The position numbers were made by a program, and so were the translations under genes. A stretch of 64,000 nucleotides of DNA, from assembly GCA_038064835.1 (NCBI GenBank), contig JBBTSD010000001.1, forward strand, positions 100,406 through 164,405, read 5' to 3'. The stretch comes from Patescibacteria group bacterium (GTDB taxonomy: Bacteria > Patescibacteriota > Minisyncoccia > Phycocordibacterales > UBA2100). Shown here piece after piece: positions 18,985 through 28,286 of this stretch. Below the pieces are notes generated by a model. The model was not told where the DNA came from, did no database searches, and worked only from the letters and a program-made list of their open reading frames with translations. Positions within the stretch are counted from its first letter, which is position 1. The number at the start of each line of letters is the position of its first letter.

Positions 18985-19188
18985 ATGGACATCTCAGATA
19001 TTCGAAAGAAAGCAGATGCAGATATTCGCGTGCTTATCACTGGCTTGCGTGAAGAGTTGCGCGTATTTCGTTTTGGCGGTGCAGGAAGCAGGACACGAAA
19101 TGTAAAAGAGGGACGAGGTCTGCGTCGCCGGATTGCGCGCATGCATACGGTCCTAAAAGAGCGAGAGCTTGAAATTGTAAAGAAATAA
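18985..19188 (+). CDS. rpmC: 50S ribosomal protein L29
   Basis: MDISDIRKKADADIRVLITGLREEL... Start at ATG 18985. Confidence 0.85.
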   Translation: MDISDIRKKADADIRVLITGLREELRVFRFGGAGSRTRNVKEGRGLRRRIARMHTVLKERELEIVKK

Positions 19189-19208
19189 TTGTAGGATGCG
19201 CACTCACT

Positions 19209-19493
19209 ATGAATAAGACTACTGAAACAACAAACGGCGGAAAGACACTGCGAGGTATCGTAGTAAAAGCCGCCATGACAGACACGGCAACCGTTTCGGT
19301 GCGTCGTTTTGTAAAGCACCCAAAGTACAAAAAGTACCTCACTCGTGAGAAGTGCTATTTGGTCCATAATGCGGGCAACAAGGCCCGCGTAGGGGACGCC
19401 GTGGTAATCCGCGAGACTCGCCCTATTTCAAAACTCAAACACTTCACCATCGAATCTATCTCACCTGTCCCAACTGACGATTCGTCAAAATAA
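19209..19493 (+). CDS. rpsQ: 30S ribosomal protein S17
   Basis: GIVVKAAMTDTATVSVRRFVKHPKYKKY is S17-like. Confidence 0.9.
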   Translation: MNKTTETTNGGKTLRGIVVKAAMTDTATVSVRRFVKHPKYKKYLTREKCYLVHNAGNKARVGDAVVIRETRPISKLKHFTIESISPVPTDDSSK

Positions 19494-19494
19494 T

Positions 19495-19869
19495 ATGATT
19501 CAGCCAAACACAGTGGTGAAAATAGCAGACAACTCCGGTGGAAAGATCGGGTTTGTATTCAAGATTCTCGGTGGCTCTCGTCGTCGTTATGCACGCATCG
19601 GAGACGAAGTGGTCATATCTATTCGTGTCGCTGAACCACGCAAGCAGGTGAAAAAGAAAGAGGTTCTTCGTGCGGTCATTGTCCGTCAGCGCCAACCATT
19701 TCGTCGCAGTGATGGCTCCTACATCCGCTTCGATGAAAACGCGGTCGTGATTGTCGACAAGGCCGGCAAGAAAGAGCCTGTTGCCAACCGTGTCTTTGGT
19801 CCGATTCCGCGCGAAGTTGTCGAGCGCGGCTACCAAAAGATCGGTTCTCTGGCACCAGAAGTTCTCTAA
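19495..19869 (+). CDS. rplN: 50S ribosomal protein L14
   Basis: MIQPNTVVKIADNSGGK... L14. Confidence 0.9.
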   Translation: MIQPNTVVKIADNSGGKIGFVFKILGGSRRRYARIGDEVVISIRVAEPRKQVKKKEVLRAVIVRQRQPFRRSDGSYIRFDENAVVIVDKAGKKEPVANRVFGPIPREVVERGYQKIGSLAPEVL

Positions 19870-19874
19870 ACTAT

Positions 19875-20183
19875 ATGAAAATAAAGAAAGGAGATAAAGT
19901 GATTGTGATTGCGGGCAAGGATCGCGGCAAGACAGGCTCGATTCTGCGTGCACTTCCAAAAACCAATCAGGTCATCATCGATGGTATCAATATGGTCAAG
20001 CGCCACCAGCGAGCAAATCGCGCTGGCCGCAAAGGACAGATTATTGAGCAGGCGATGCCACTCCATGCGTCCAATGTGCAGATTGTAGATCCAAAGTCTG
20101 GCAAACCAACCCGCATAAAGATCGACCGCAAAAATGGCAAGTACGCTCGCGTTGCAAAGAAGAGTGGATCAGCCATCGCATAA
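19875..20183 (+). CDS. rplX: 50S ribosomal protein L24
   Basis: KOW motif KKGDKVIVIAGKDRGKTG. Confidence 0.9.
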   Translation: MKIKKGDKVIVIAGKDRGKTGSILRALPKTNQVIIDGINMVKRHQRANRAGRKGQIIEQAMPLHASNVQIVDPKSGKPTRIKIDRKNGKYARVAKKSGSAIA

Positions 20184-20187
20184 TTTT

Positions 20188-20730
20188 ATGACTTACCACA
20201 CTGTTCAAAAACAAAAGACTGTACTCGCTGCTCTCAAGGAGCGTTTTGGGTACAAAAACCCGATGCAGGCTCCAAAGATTACCAAAGTGGTTGTTTCAGT
20301 GGGTGTCGGGTCTGTTTCTGACAAGAAAAAGAAAGAAATGATTGGTGACCGGCTCATGCGCATCACTGGCCAAAAGCCAGCGTCGCGTGTTGCCAAGAAA
20401 TCTATCGCCTCATTCAAGCTCCGTGCGGGCGAAATGGTGGGGTATCAAATTACGATGCGTGGTGCCCGTATGTGGTCGTTCCTCGACAAGCTTATCCATG
20501 TTGCGCTTCCACGCACACGAGACTTCCGTGGGCTAAAGACATCAGCAATCGATGAAATGGGAAACATCACCATCGCTATTCGTGAACACTCAGTGTTCCC
20601 AGAGACAGCTGATGAAGATGTGCGCGACATCTTTGGTCTTGCCATCACTATTACCACAACTGCAAAAAGCAAAGCCGAAGCCGAAGCACTGTTCCGCCAT
20701 ATCGGACTGCCACTTCAAGAGACGGCATAG
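20188..20730 (+). CDS. rplE: 50S ribosomal protein L5
   Basis: L5-like (NPMQAPKITKVVVSVGVG). Start at ATG 20188. Confidence 0.9.
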   Translation: MTYHTVQKQKTVLAALKERFGYKNPMQAPKITKVVVSVGVGSVSDKKKKEMIGDRLMRITGQKPASRVAKKSIASFKLRAGEMVGYQITMRGARMWSFLDKLIHVALPRTRDFRGLKTSAIDEMGNITIAIREHSVFPETADEDVRDIFGLAITITTTAKSKAEAEALFRHIGLPLQETA

Positions 20731-20802
20731 TATTCACAAGGATGGGTTCGAGAAAGTTGCCAGAGGCAACTTTCTTTCGTAGGGTTACGAAGGATATCGA
20801 TA

Positions 20803-21198
20803 ATGGAGAATACCATGGCGCTTGCGCGCGAAGACATCAAAGTAGGTGCGAAAGTGGGATGGAGCTCGTGGGGCTCCACGCTTGATGATGACCGTTATCA
20901 CCACGATAACTACGGGATGATTGTGGCGGTATGCGAGAAGTCTGGTATTTACCAGGTTCAACATTTGGAACACATGTATATCGGTCGGCACAACATAGTC
21001 ATTGTGAACAAGGACGACACATTCAGCACTCACACCATGACCATTGTTTCTGAGAAGGATTTTCAGGAGGTAGTTCGTCACAAACGAGACGATCTCAAGA
21101 AAAAGATATCCTCACTGAGGAGTTCGCTCGCCGAATCTCTGGCAGAGAGAAAGGTGGTAAGGCTTTTTTCTCAAAAAATGAGGAAGGTTCATGCGTAG
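20803..21198 (+). CDS. Hypothetical 131-aa soluble protein inserted between rplE and rpsN
   Basis: AAGGA RBS 8 nt upstream of the ATG. No recognisable motif. Confidence 0.4.
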   Translation: MENTMALAREDIKVGAKVGWSSWGSTLDDDRYHHDNYGMIVAVCEKSGIYQVQHLEHMYIGRHNIVIVNKDDTFSTHTMTIVSEKDFQEVVRHKRDDLKKKISSLRSSLAESLAERKVVRLFSQKMRKVHA

Positions 21199-21228
21199 GT
21201 TAGTCGCTGTTGACACAGACGGCTCATA

Positions 21229-21256
21229 AAAAAACCGCCGGTTACCCGGCGGTTTT
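21229..21256. terminator. Bidirectional intrinsic terminator between convergent genes
   Basis: aaaaaccgccggttacccggcggtttt with A-run and T-run flanks. Confidence 0.55.
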
Positions 21257-22012
21257 GTTTTTGTCGTCTTCCTCACGCTTTTTCTCGGCGCGGTTTTCTC
21301 GGATAACCTCGATAGTGCTTTTACCTCGGTGTTTCCTGCCATGCCACTCTTTGAGTGACTCTGCTGACCGGGTAACCCACGAAAATAGGGGGCCAAGCCA
21401 CATCCAACGAATCCAAGGATGACGGTCGATGAAAGCTTTCACTGGCGCCCACTTCTCGACTATGATTGACGAGAGGGCATCAAGGCCGATGATTTTGAGT
21501 TTCTCGACCATCATCCAGAGGAGTATCGAGGCGACGAATCCTTCAATCTTGCCGATGTGTTCGTTGATCCAGACAAAGCCCCAAAAGAACAAACTGATGA
21601 TAACGAGTGCGATAAGCGCTCGTACCCAGCGTGGCCAGTCTGGCTTGAAGAGCACGACTCGCTTGAGTGTCTCGAGTATGCGCGATTGTTTCTCGCCAAA
21701 CCACTTCTCGATTTTATCCTGGCGAACCTGTCCTAGTAGGAAGAGGGCAATGAGAATAGTGACGAGCCGCCAGAAGGGGCGCGAGATTTTTCGAATCATC
21801 GTGCGTTCAGTTAAGCCGCGGATACTGGTTGCAAGCGATTGCGAGAAGATGCCGACCAGACGGGCAAAGAATTCAACAATTGCTCGCCATAGCCAGATGA
21901 TCATCCGGCCGGCGGCTCCGAGGATGTCTGTGTCAAAGATACGGTCGATGACATGTATGCCACCCACAAAGAGAGCAAGCATGAGTATGATGCGGACGGC
22001 AATGATTACCAC
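21242..22012 (-). CDS. Hypothetical membrane protein (GTG start, AGGAGG RBS), antisense to the r-protein operon
   Basis: 256 aa, several TM helices and a K/E-rich charged C-terminus. Confidence 0.45.
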   Translation of the reverse strand: MVIIAVRIILMLALFVGGIHVIDRIFDTDILGAAGRMIIWLWRAIVEFFARLVGIFSQSLATSIRGLTERTMIRKISRPFWRLVTILIALFLLGQVRQDKIEKWFGEKQSRILETLKRVVLFKPDWPRWVRALIALVIISLFFWGFVWINEHIGKIEGFVASILLWMMVEKLKIIGLDALSSIIVEKWAPVKAFIDRHPWIRWMWLGPLFSWVTRSAESLKEWHGRKHRGKSTIEVIRENRAEKKREEDDKNKTAG

Positions 22013-22114
22013 TGTAGACCTCCTTCCCTATAGTTCCGAGTTTGATTATGACATCTTTTACCACTGTAAGCAATACTCGTGTACGAGGCCTCGGGAAAGT
22101 TGCCCTATGAGTTT

Positions 22115-22144
22115 GTTGACAATCCGTCGTGAAGGGCATAGTAT
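22115..22144 (+). promoter_or_regulatory. Putative sigma70-type promoter restarting transcription before rpsN
   Basis: TTGACA (22115-22120), 18-nt spacer, TAGTAT (22139-22144). Confidence 0.4.
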
Positions 22145-22173
22145 GCACAAGCCTTTTTAGGCCCATTTTTCTT

Positions 22174-22359
22174 ATGGCAAAGACATCCATGATTGCAAAA
22201 GCTAACCGCCCTCCGAAATACAAGAGTCGGGTGGTTCGTCGGTGCTTCCGTTGTGGGAGGCCGCGAGGCTATATGCGCGCCTTTGGCTTTTGCCGTATCT
22301 GTTTCCGCGAACAGGCTCTCGAGGGGCACATTCCTGGGGTAAAGAAGTCTTCTTGGTAA
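22174..22359 (+). CDS. rpsN: 30S ribosomal protein S14, Zn-binding type (S14 type Z)
   Basis: 61 aa [46 protein letters not shown] with a CxxC...CxxC motif. Start at ATG 22174. Confidence 0.85.
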   Translation: MAKTSMIAKANRPPKYKSRVVRRCFRCGRPRGYMRAFGFCRICFREQALEGHIPGVKKSSW

Positions 22360-22360
22360 T

Positions 22361-22756
22361 ATGCTACACGATCCCATCAGCGACATGGTTGTCCGTCTCC
22401 GCAATGCAGGAGCGGTAAAGAAACAAACAACCTTAGTTCCTTTTTCACAGCTCAAGATGGCTATCGCTGGCAAGCTCGCCGAGCATGGCTACATCAAGTC
22501 TGCCGAGCTGAAAGGCAAGAAGGTGAAAAAGATGCTCGAGGTAGCTCTTGCATACAACGAGGATGGAACACCAAAGATTCGTGGCACCAAGCGGATTTCA
22601 AAGCCTGGCCGTCGCATGTATACGCTAGTGCGCAATATTGCTCCTGTAAAATTTGGTCATGGCACAGTAATTATTTCAACTCCCAAAGGGATACTCACGG
22701 GTACCGAAGCGCGCAAACAAAATGTCGGCGGAGAGATTCTGTTTGAAATCTGGTAA
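22361..22756 (+). CDS. rpsH: 30S ribosomal protein S8
   Basis: S8-like (DPISDMVVRLRNA). Confidence 0.9.
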   Translation: MLHDPISDMVVRLRNAGAVKKQTTLVPFSQLKMAIAGKLAEHGYIKSAELKGKKVKKMLEVALAYNEDGTPKIRGTKRISKPGRRMYTLVRNIAPVKFGHGTVIISTPKGILTGTEARKQNVGGEILFEIW

Positions 22757-22767
22757 TACCACTATAT

Positions 22768-23304
22768 ATGAGCCGTATCGGAAAAAAACCAATTACTATC
22801 CCAACCGGCGTCGCCGTGTCTGTTCTAAACGGCACAGTGACCGTGAAGGGAAAGGCTGGCACATTGGTGCGGAACTTTCGTCCTATCGTCTCCATAGTTG
22901 CCGAAGGTAACGAGGTAATTGTTTCCCCTCACGCAAAGACTCGTCTCGCGAAAGCGCTGTGGGGTACATACGCAGCGCATGTTAAAAACATGATTGCTGG
23001 CGTGGAAAAGCCTTTTGCAAAGCAACTCATCATCGAAGGTGTTGGTTATAAAGCAAACATTGTTGGCAAAAAAGTCGTACTCGCTGTGGGTTACTCACAT
23101 CCAGTCGAGCTCGAGATTCCTGACGGCGTTACTGTCACGGTAGAGAAGGGAGTCGTTACTATCAGTGGTATCGACCGCGATATAGTCGGACAGTTTGCCG
23201 CAAACATTCGCGCTACTCGAAAGCCAGAACCATACAAGGGTAAAGGTATCCGTTACAGTGATGAAGTTATCCGTCGCAAGCAAGGCAAGAAGACAGTTGG
23301 ATAA
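22768..23304 (+). CDS. rplF: 50S ribosomal protein L6
   Basis: MSRIGKKPITIPTGV... L6. Confidence 0.9.
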   Translation: MSRIGKKPITIPTGVAVSVLNGTVTVKGKAGTLVRNFRPIVSIVAEGNEVIVSPHAKTRLAKALWGTYAAHVKNMIAGVEKPFAKQLIIEGVGYKANIVGKKVVLAVGYSHPVELEIPDGVTVTVEKGVVTISGIDRDIVGQFAANIRATRKPEPYKGKGIRYSDEVIRRKQGKKTVG

Positions 23305-23309
23305 ATCAT

Positions 23310-23660
23310 ATGGCTAAAACATCACACAAAACAGTAAAAAGACAACGGCGCCATGCCCGTGTTCGTTCGCGGGTGTCCGGTACTGCTGATCGCCCCCGTC
23401 TCTCAGTGTACAAATCGAATACCCAAATCATCGCGCAGGTCATTGACGACGAAGGAGGGGTCACTCTTGCCGCAACAGCATCAAAAGCGCACAAGGGCGC
23501 TACACCGCGCGCTCGTGCAGAAGAGGCGGCGAAAGAGCTTGCTAAGGCCGTCAAGGCAAAAGGAGTCACCAAGATTGTCTTTGACCGGGGTGGTTCAGAA
23601 TATACTGGCACCATACAAGCATTTGCTGATGCAGCTCGTTCTGCCGGACTGGAATTCTAA
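23310..23660 (+). CDS. rplR: 50S ribosomal protein L18
   Basis: L18-like (RPRLSVYKSNTQIIAQVIDD). Confidence 0.9.
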   Translation: MAKTSHKTVKRQRRHARVRSRVSGTADRPRLSVYKSNTQIIAQVIDDEGGVTLAATASKAHKGATPRARAEEAAKELAKAVKAKGVTKIVFDRGGSEYTGTIQAFADAARSAGLEF

Positions 23661-24253
23661 TGAATTTTAATTTTACTATGACTGACACACCAGACAACTC
23701 AAAGATCGCAAAGCCAGCAGGAGATCAGGGGGCACGATCACAAGGTGATCGTGGTGCACGCCGAACACCTGATCGTTCTCGTCGCGGTGGGTCACAGGGC
23801 GGTGATCGTGGTGATCGTCGTTCTGAATTTGCAAACAAAGTTATCGGTATGCGCCGTGTTGCTCGCGTGATGGCTGGTGGCCGTCGTTTCAACTTCAGTG
23901 TGGCAATGGTTGTCGGAGACAAGAAAGGCCGTGTTGGTTTTGGACTTGGCAAAGCCGCCGACACTGCTCTCGCTATTGAAAAGGCGACCAATGATGCAAA
24001 GCGCAATATGATTACCGTGATACGCACCAAAAACAACAGTATTCCACATGATGTTTCTGCAAAATACGCCGCATCGGTAGTGATGATTCGTCCTTCTGCA
24101 GGTAGCGGATTGGTTGCGGGAAGTGCCGTGCGCGTCGTCCTGGAGCTTGGTGGTATTACAGATGTTATTGCAAAACTTCATTCGCGGAGCAAGAATCCAA
24201 TCAACAATGCGCGCGTGGCAATCAAGGCACTCGAGCAAATCGCCAAGAAATAA
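23660..24253 (+). CDS. rpsE: 30S ribosomal protein S5 (with an R/G-rich N-terminal extension)
   Basis: S5 core (VARVMAGGRRFNFSVAMVVGD...). Directly followed by rplO, with no rpmD (L30) gene. Confidence 0.9.
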   Translation: MNFNFTMTDTPDNSKIAKPAGDQGARSQGDRGARRTPDRSRRGGSQGGDRGDRRSEFANKVIGMRRVARVMAGGRRFNFSVAMVVGDKKGRVGFGLGKAADTALAIEKATNDAKRNMITVIRTKNNSIPHDVSAKYAASVVMIRPSAGSGLVAGSAVRVVLELGGITDVIAKLHSRSKNPINNARVAIKALEQIAKK

Positions 24254-24265
24254 CCAACACAGATT

Positions 24266-24712
24266 ATGAAACAAGCACTCCACACACTTTCACGAAAAAC
24301 ACCACGCAAGGATATGCGTGTAGGACGCGGTGGCAAGCGCGGCAAGACTGCTGGTCGTGGTACCAAGGGGCAGAACGCTCGTGCGGGTCACAAAAAGCGT
24401 CCTGAAATCCGCGATTTCATCAAGAAGCTTCCGAAGCGTCGTGGGTTTGGCAAGAATCGCGCAAAAGGCACCTGGAGTGATCGTCCAAAACCAAGCGAGG
24501 TTACTATCAAACAACTTGAAGATACATTCGACACTGGTGCGGTCGTCAGTGTGAAGACGCTCTTTGAAAAGAAACTCATTCCGGCACTTGGTGATGTCAA
24601 AATCATCGGCAATGAATCGTTGACCAAGAAGCTCACCATCGAAGGGTGCCGTATTTCAAAAGGTGCTCAGGCGATTGTCGAGAAAGCAGGCGGCACAGTT
24701 GCTGCTGTCTAA
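24266..24712 (+). CDS. rplO: 50S ribosomal protein L15
   Basis: L15-like (GRGGKRGKTAGRGTKGQ). Confidence 0.9.
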   Translation: MKQALHTLSRKTPRKDMRVGRGGKRGKTAGRGTKGQNARAGHKKRPEIRDFIKKLPKRRGFGKNRAKGTWSDRPKPSEVTIKQLEDTFDTGAVVSVKTLFEKKLIPALGDVKIIGNESLTKKLTIEGCRISKGAQAIVEKAGGTVAAV

Positions 24713-24713
24713 T

Positions 24714-25988
24714 ATGGTAGAAACCTTCTTGAGAAAGATGCAGATTGTCGTACAAGACGCGACACTTCGTTCACGCATTCTGTTTGTCCTCGGGGCGCTC
24801 CTCTTGTTCCGTATTCTCGCAGTGATTCCAATTCCAAGTATCGACACCGCACGCCTCGAAGCATTCCTTGGAAGCAACCAATTTCTCGGTCTTCTCAATA
24901 TTTTCTCTGGTGGCGGTCTTTCAAACCTTTCGATTGTCATGCTTGGTGTTGGTCCGTACATCACTGCCTCTATCATCATGCAGCTCGCAACCGTTCTTTC
25001 TCCAAAACTCAAAGCAATCTATCAAGAAGAGGGAGACGCCGGCCGTCAGCGCTTTATGCAGTATTCGCGCTACCTCACAATCCCCCTTGCTTTTATACAA
25101 GCATTTAGTTTTCTCGCACTGCTTCGTCAACAAGGAATTGTTGCAGATCTCGATTTCGTCAACATGCTCACCAGTGTCATGGTGATTGCCGCCGGATCAG
25201 TGCTCCTGATGTGGATCGGCGAGCTCATATCAGAATTTGGCGTGGGGAATGGCGTGTCGCTTATTATCTTTGCAGGTATCGTCGCGAGTATTCCCCCGAC
25301 ACTTTCGCAGTTTGCTTTCACTTTTGATTTCGCGCAGATTCCGACCTATATAGGTCTGTTGGTTGCAACTGTCGCGATTACTGCCGCAGTGGTGTTTATC
25401 ACCGAGGCCGAGCGGCCAATCCCTGTGACCTATTCACGGCGTGTTCGCGGTGTGAAGGTGTTGGGTGGCGGATCGACCTATCTACCACTTCGTGTAAACC
25501 AGGCTGGTGTTATTCCAATTATCTTTGCACTCTCGATTCTTCTGTTCCCACAAATGATTGCCACTTTTCTTACTACCTCAAGTATCGTTTGGCTTTCCGC
25601 TGGTGCAAAGGCGGTAGTGAGCGGACTGAGTAATCAATGGGTGTACGGCACGATGTATTTTTTCCTTGTGGTGGTGTTTACCTATTTCTACACCGCGGTT
25701 ACCTTTGAGCCTAATCAAATTGCAAAGAACCTCCAAAAGAACGGCGCGTTTATTCCCGGAGTCCGTCCAGGCAATACCACAGCAGAATATTTGGGAGACA
25801 TCATTACGCGCATTACACTTTTCGGCGCACTATTCCTTGGGCTTATTGCGGTCCTGCCGATTATCGTGCAGGGCTTGAGTGGCATCACTACGCTTACTAT
25901 CGGTGGCACCGCACTTCTTATTGCTGTTTCTGTAGTGCTTGATCTCGTCAAAAAAGTAGACGCGCAGACTTCCATTCGAGAGTACTAG
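24714..25988 (+). CDS. secY: Preprotein translocase subunit SecY
   Basis: 10-TM SecY sequence. Start at ATG 24714. Confidence 0.9.
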   Translation: MVETFLRKMQIVVQDATLRSRILFVLGALLLFRILAVIPIPSIDTARLEAFLGSNQFLGLLNIFSGGGLSNLSIVMLGVGPYITASIIMQLATVLSPKLKAIYQEEGDAGRQRFMQYSRYLTIPLAFIQAFSFLALLRQQGIVADLDFVNMLTSVMVIAAGSVLLMWIGELISEFGVGNGVSLIIFAGIVASIPPTLSQFAFTFDFAQIPTYIGLLVATVAITAAVVFITEAERPIPVTYSRRVRGVKVLGGGSTYLPLRVNQAGVIPIIFALSILLFPQMIATFLTTSSIVWLSAGAKAVVSGLSNQWVYGTMYFFLVVVFTYFYTAVTFEPNQIAKNLQKNGAFIPGVRPGNTTAEYLGDIITRITLFGALFLGLIAVLPIIVQGLSGITTLTIGGTALLIAVSVVLDLVKKVDAQTSIREY

Positions 25989-26065
25989 GTTTTTCTCGAC
26001 TACTTCAAAATGCTTTCCCGCGCTATCGGAGCGTGGTAGAAATCAATGGGCAAAGGAGATAGGTA

Positions 26066-27352
26066 ATGCGTATAACAGTGTTTGGGAGCGATGCGCGGGC
26101 GCACGCTCTGTGCACACGACTGACGATGGATACTGTAAAGCCCGTCGTTACCTGCGTGCCGGGAAATGCGGGAATGAAAGAACCGATTCGGCGCAAGCAC
26201 ATACTTCCTGCGTGTATGGACAATCTTGCACGGTCTGTAGAAGGAAGTTGTGATCTGGCCATAGTTGGGTCTGATAGACTTCTAGCACAAGGACTTTCTG
26301 ACAAACTCCGAGAGCGAGGGATTCCGACTTTTGGTCCGTCGAAATGTGCTTCAGAAATTGAATGGAGCAAATTGTTCGCAAAGAGCCTGATGGATCGCTA
26401 TCGTATTCCCACAGCCAAATGGGGTGCAACCAGTGATGAAGGAATGGCTCGCGCAATGGTAAAGGAACTCGGTGGACCTCCTATTGTACTCAAGGCTGAC
26501 GGTCTTGCCGACGGTAAAGGAGTTTTTGTCGCCGATACGGACATCGAGGTCGATGAGGCGATCACCGCTCTTTTCACTGAGAGACGATTTGGCGGTTCAA
26601 AAACTGTCATTATTGAAGAAAAACTCAGTGGATGCGAAGTCTCATACACCGCTCTGTGTGATGGTAGGCGCATCATGCCACTTCCTTGCGCTATGGACTA
26701 TAAGCAGGCGCTCGCCGGTGATAAAGGCCCAAATACGGGTGGTATGGGGGCACATAGTCCTTCGTTTGTACTCACTCCGGCACAGTGTGCGTGGATTGAT
26801 GTGCATATTATGCAAAAGGTGGTTGACGCACTTGCTTCGCAGGGGCTTGAATATCGCGGCGCGCTCTATGCGGGATTGATGGTTCTTCCTGGGGGAGATA
26901 TCCGGGTCATCGAATTCAACGCTCGCTTTGGCGATCCTGAGTGCCAAGTGCTGATGCCACGAATTGGCGAGGACTTGGCACCGCTTTTGTTGGCGGCCGC
27001 GACGGGGAATCTTTCTCCTCGTCCGGTTCGGGTTATGCCAGGCGCCGCTGTATGCGTTACGCTCGCAAGCGCTCCATACCCCGAGAAAGCGACTCCTAAA
27101 GGATTTGTCATCGATGGAATTCTCGCGGCAGAAAAAATTCCTGGGGTGCACCTATATCATGCACACACCACTCGGCAAGGGGATGCTTCTTACATCGAAG
27201 CAGGTGGGCGAGTACTGAGCGTGTGCGCCAATGCCGATTCTTTCAAAATGGCCCTAGAAAAGGCTTATGTGGCGGCCAGGACCATCACTTGGCGAGACAA
27301 GACAATGCGTCAGGACATAGGCTGGCGGGTACTTGACAAATATACCAGATAG
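26066..27352 (+). CDS. purD: Phosphoribosylamine-glycine ligase (GAR synthetase), divergent
   Basis: ATP-grasp PurD-like (MRITVFGSDARAHAL ...). Unusual location between secY and adk. Confidence 0.7.
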   Translation: MRITVFGSDARAHALCTRLTMDTVKPVVTCVPGNAGMKEPIRRKHILPACMDNLARSVEGSCDLAIVGSDRLLAQGLSDKLRERGIPTFGPSKCASEIEWSKLFAKSLMDRYRIPTAKWGATSDEGMARAMVKELGGPPIVLKADGLADGKGVFVADTDIEVDEAITALFTERRFGGSKTVIIEEKLSGCEVSYTALCDGRRIMPLPCAMDYKQALAGDKGPNTGGMGAHSPSFVLTPAQCAWIDVHIMQKVVDALASQGLEYRGALYAGLMVLPGGDIRVIEFNARFGDPECQVLMPRIGEDLAPLLLAAATGNLSPRPVRVMPGAAVCVTLASAPYPEKATPKGFVIDGILAAEKIPGVHLYHAHTTRQGDASYIEAGGRVLSVCANADSFKMALEKAYVAARTITWRDKTMRQDIGWRVLDKYTR

Positions 27353-27516
27353 GTATACAATAATAAGACGCTAGGTAGGCCCCGCAAGGCTCGGCCGAGC
27401 CTAGGTCGGCAATGGCAACCCCGTTAGTGTTGCCTCAATGATAGGATTTTTTCGGAGGACCCGGCACATGCACTGGCCGTAGGTACTCAACAACACGAGA
27501 TTGATTATGACGGGAC

Positions 27517-27547
27517 CCGCTAACCATGCGGGTCCCACTTTTTTGCC
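27517..27547 (+). terminator. Intrinsic terminator
   Basis: gggacccgctaaccatgcgggtccc followed by ttttttt. Confidence 0.55.
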
Positions 27548-27698
27548 CCAACATGGGGCCTGCTCAGATGGATGCAGTTCTAGGCGCGCAAGAAACAGAC
27601 GACGAGGCGTACTGAGGTAGTACGACAAGGAGTATGTTTTGAAGCGCAACGAAGAAATGCGCCATGTGTGCAGGCCCCGCATCTGGTATTATGCCTGC

Positions 27699-28286
27699 AT
27701 GAAGCATGAGCCAAAAAGAGTGGTGGTCATTGCTGGTCCGTCAGGGTCCGGCGAAAGCACTTTCACGGAAGAGCTTATGCTTGCATACCCGAATTTTACT
27801 CGCACAGTTTCCGCAACCACACGGGCTCCCCGCGGAAACGAGAAGGATGGCGTGGACTATTATTTTATGACCAAGGAGAAGTTTTTTGAAGAAGTGCAAA
27901 ATGGCAACATCCCCGAGCATGTGCTCGTGCGGGCACGCGACGCCTACTACGGTACTTATTTGCCCGACCTCACCAGGCGATTGGCATCAGGAAAAACAGT
28001 TGTTGCCAACACCGATTTGTCTGGAGCGGAGTATTACAAAAAAAACTACAATGCGGTGACCGTTTTCATAAAACCAAAATCAATTTTTTCTCTGTACAAT
28101 CGTTTGGTGCATCGCGACCCCACTATGCCCAAGGAAGAAGTGCTTACCCGCGTCATGAGCGCTGTCCAAGAAATACTTGAGGCTGAAAGCAACTATGATC
28201 ATGTGGTATTTACAGGGGACAATGAATTTGCAGAAACCCTCATTCACATTGTCGATAAACTGAAGCATGAAGGGTATGTCGTTTAG
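27699..28286 (+). CDS. gmk: Guanylate kinase
   Basis: P-loop VIAGPSGSGESTF with a guanylate-kinase-like fold (YYF, TTR). Confidence 0.7.
   Translation: MKHEPKRVVVIAGPSGSGESTFTEELMLAYPNFTRTVSATTRAPRGNEKDGVDYYFMTKEKFFEEVQNGNIPEHVLVRARDAYYGTYLPDLTRRLASGKTVVANTDLSGAEYYKKNYNAVTVFIKPKSIFSLYNRLVHRDPTMPKEEVLTRVMSAVQEILEAESNYDHVVFTGDNEFAETLIHIVDKLKHEGYVV

Noticed and set aside
13226-25321. Numerous 60-190-aa alternative-frame and antisense ORFs inside ribosomal-protein genes and secY (e.g. 13226-13789, 13698-14072, 18116-18559, 23792-24283)
   Set aside because: They overlap strongly conserved r-protein or SecY reading frames and have no RBS or motifs. They are typical shadow ORFs.
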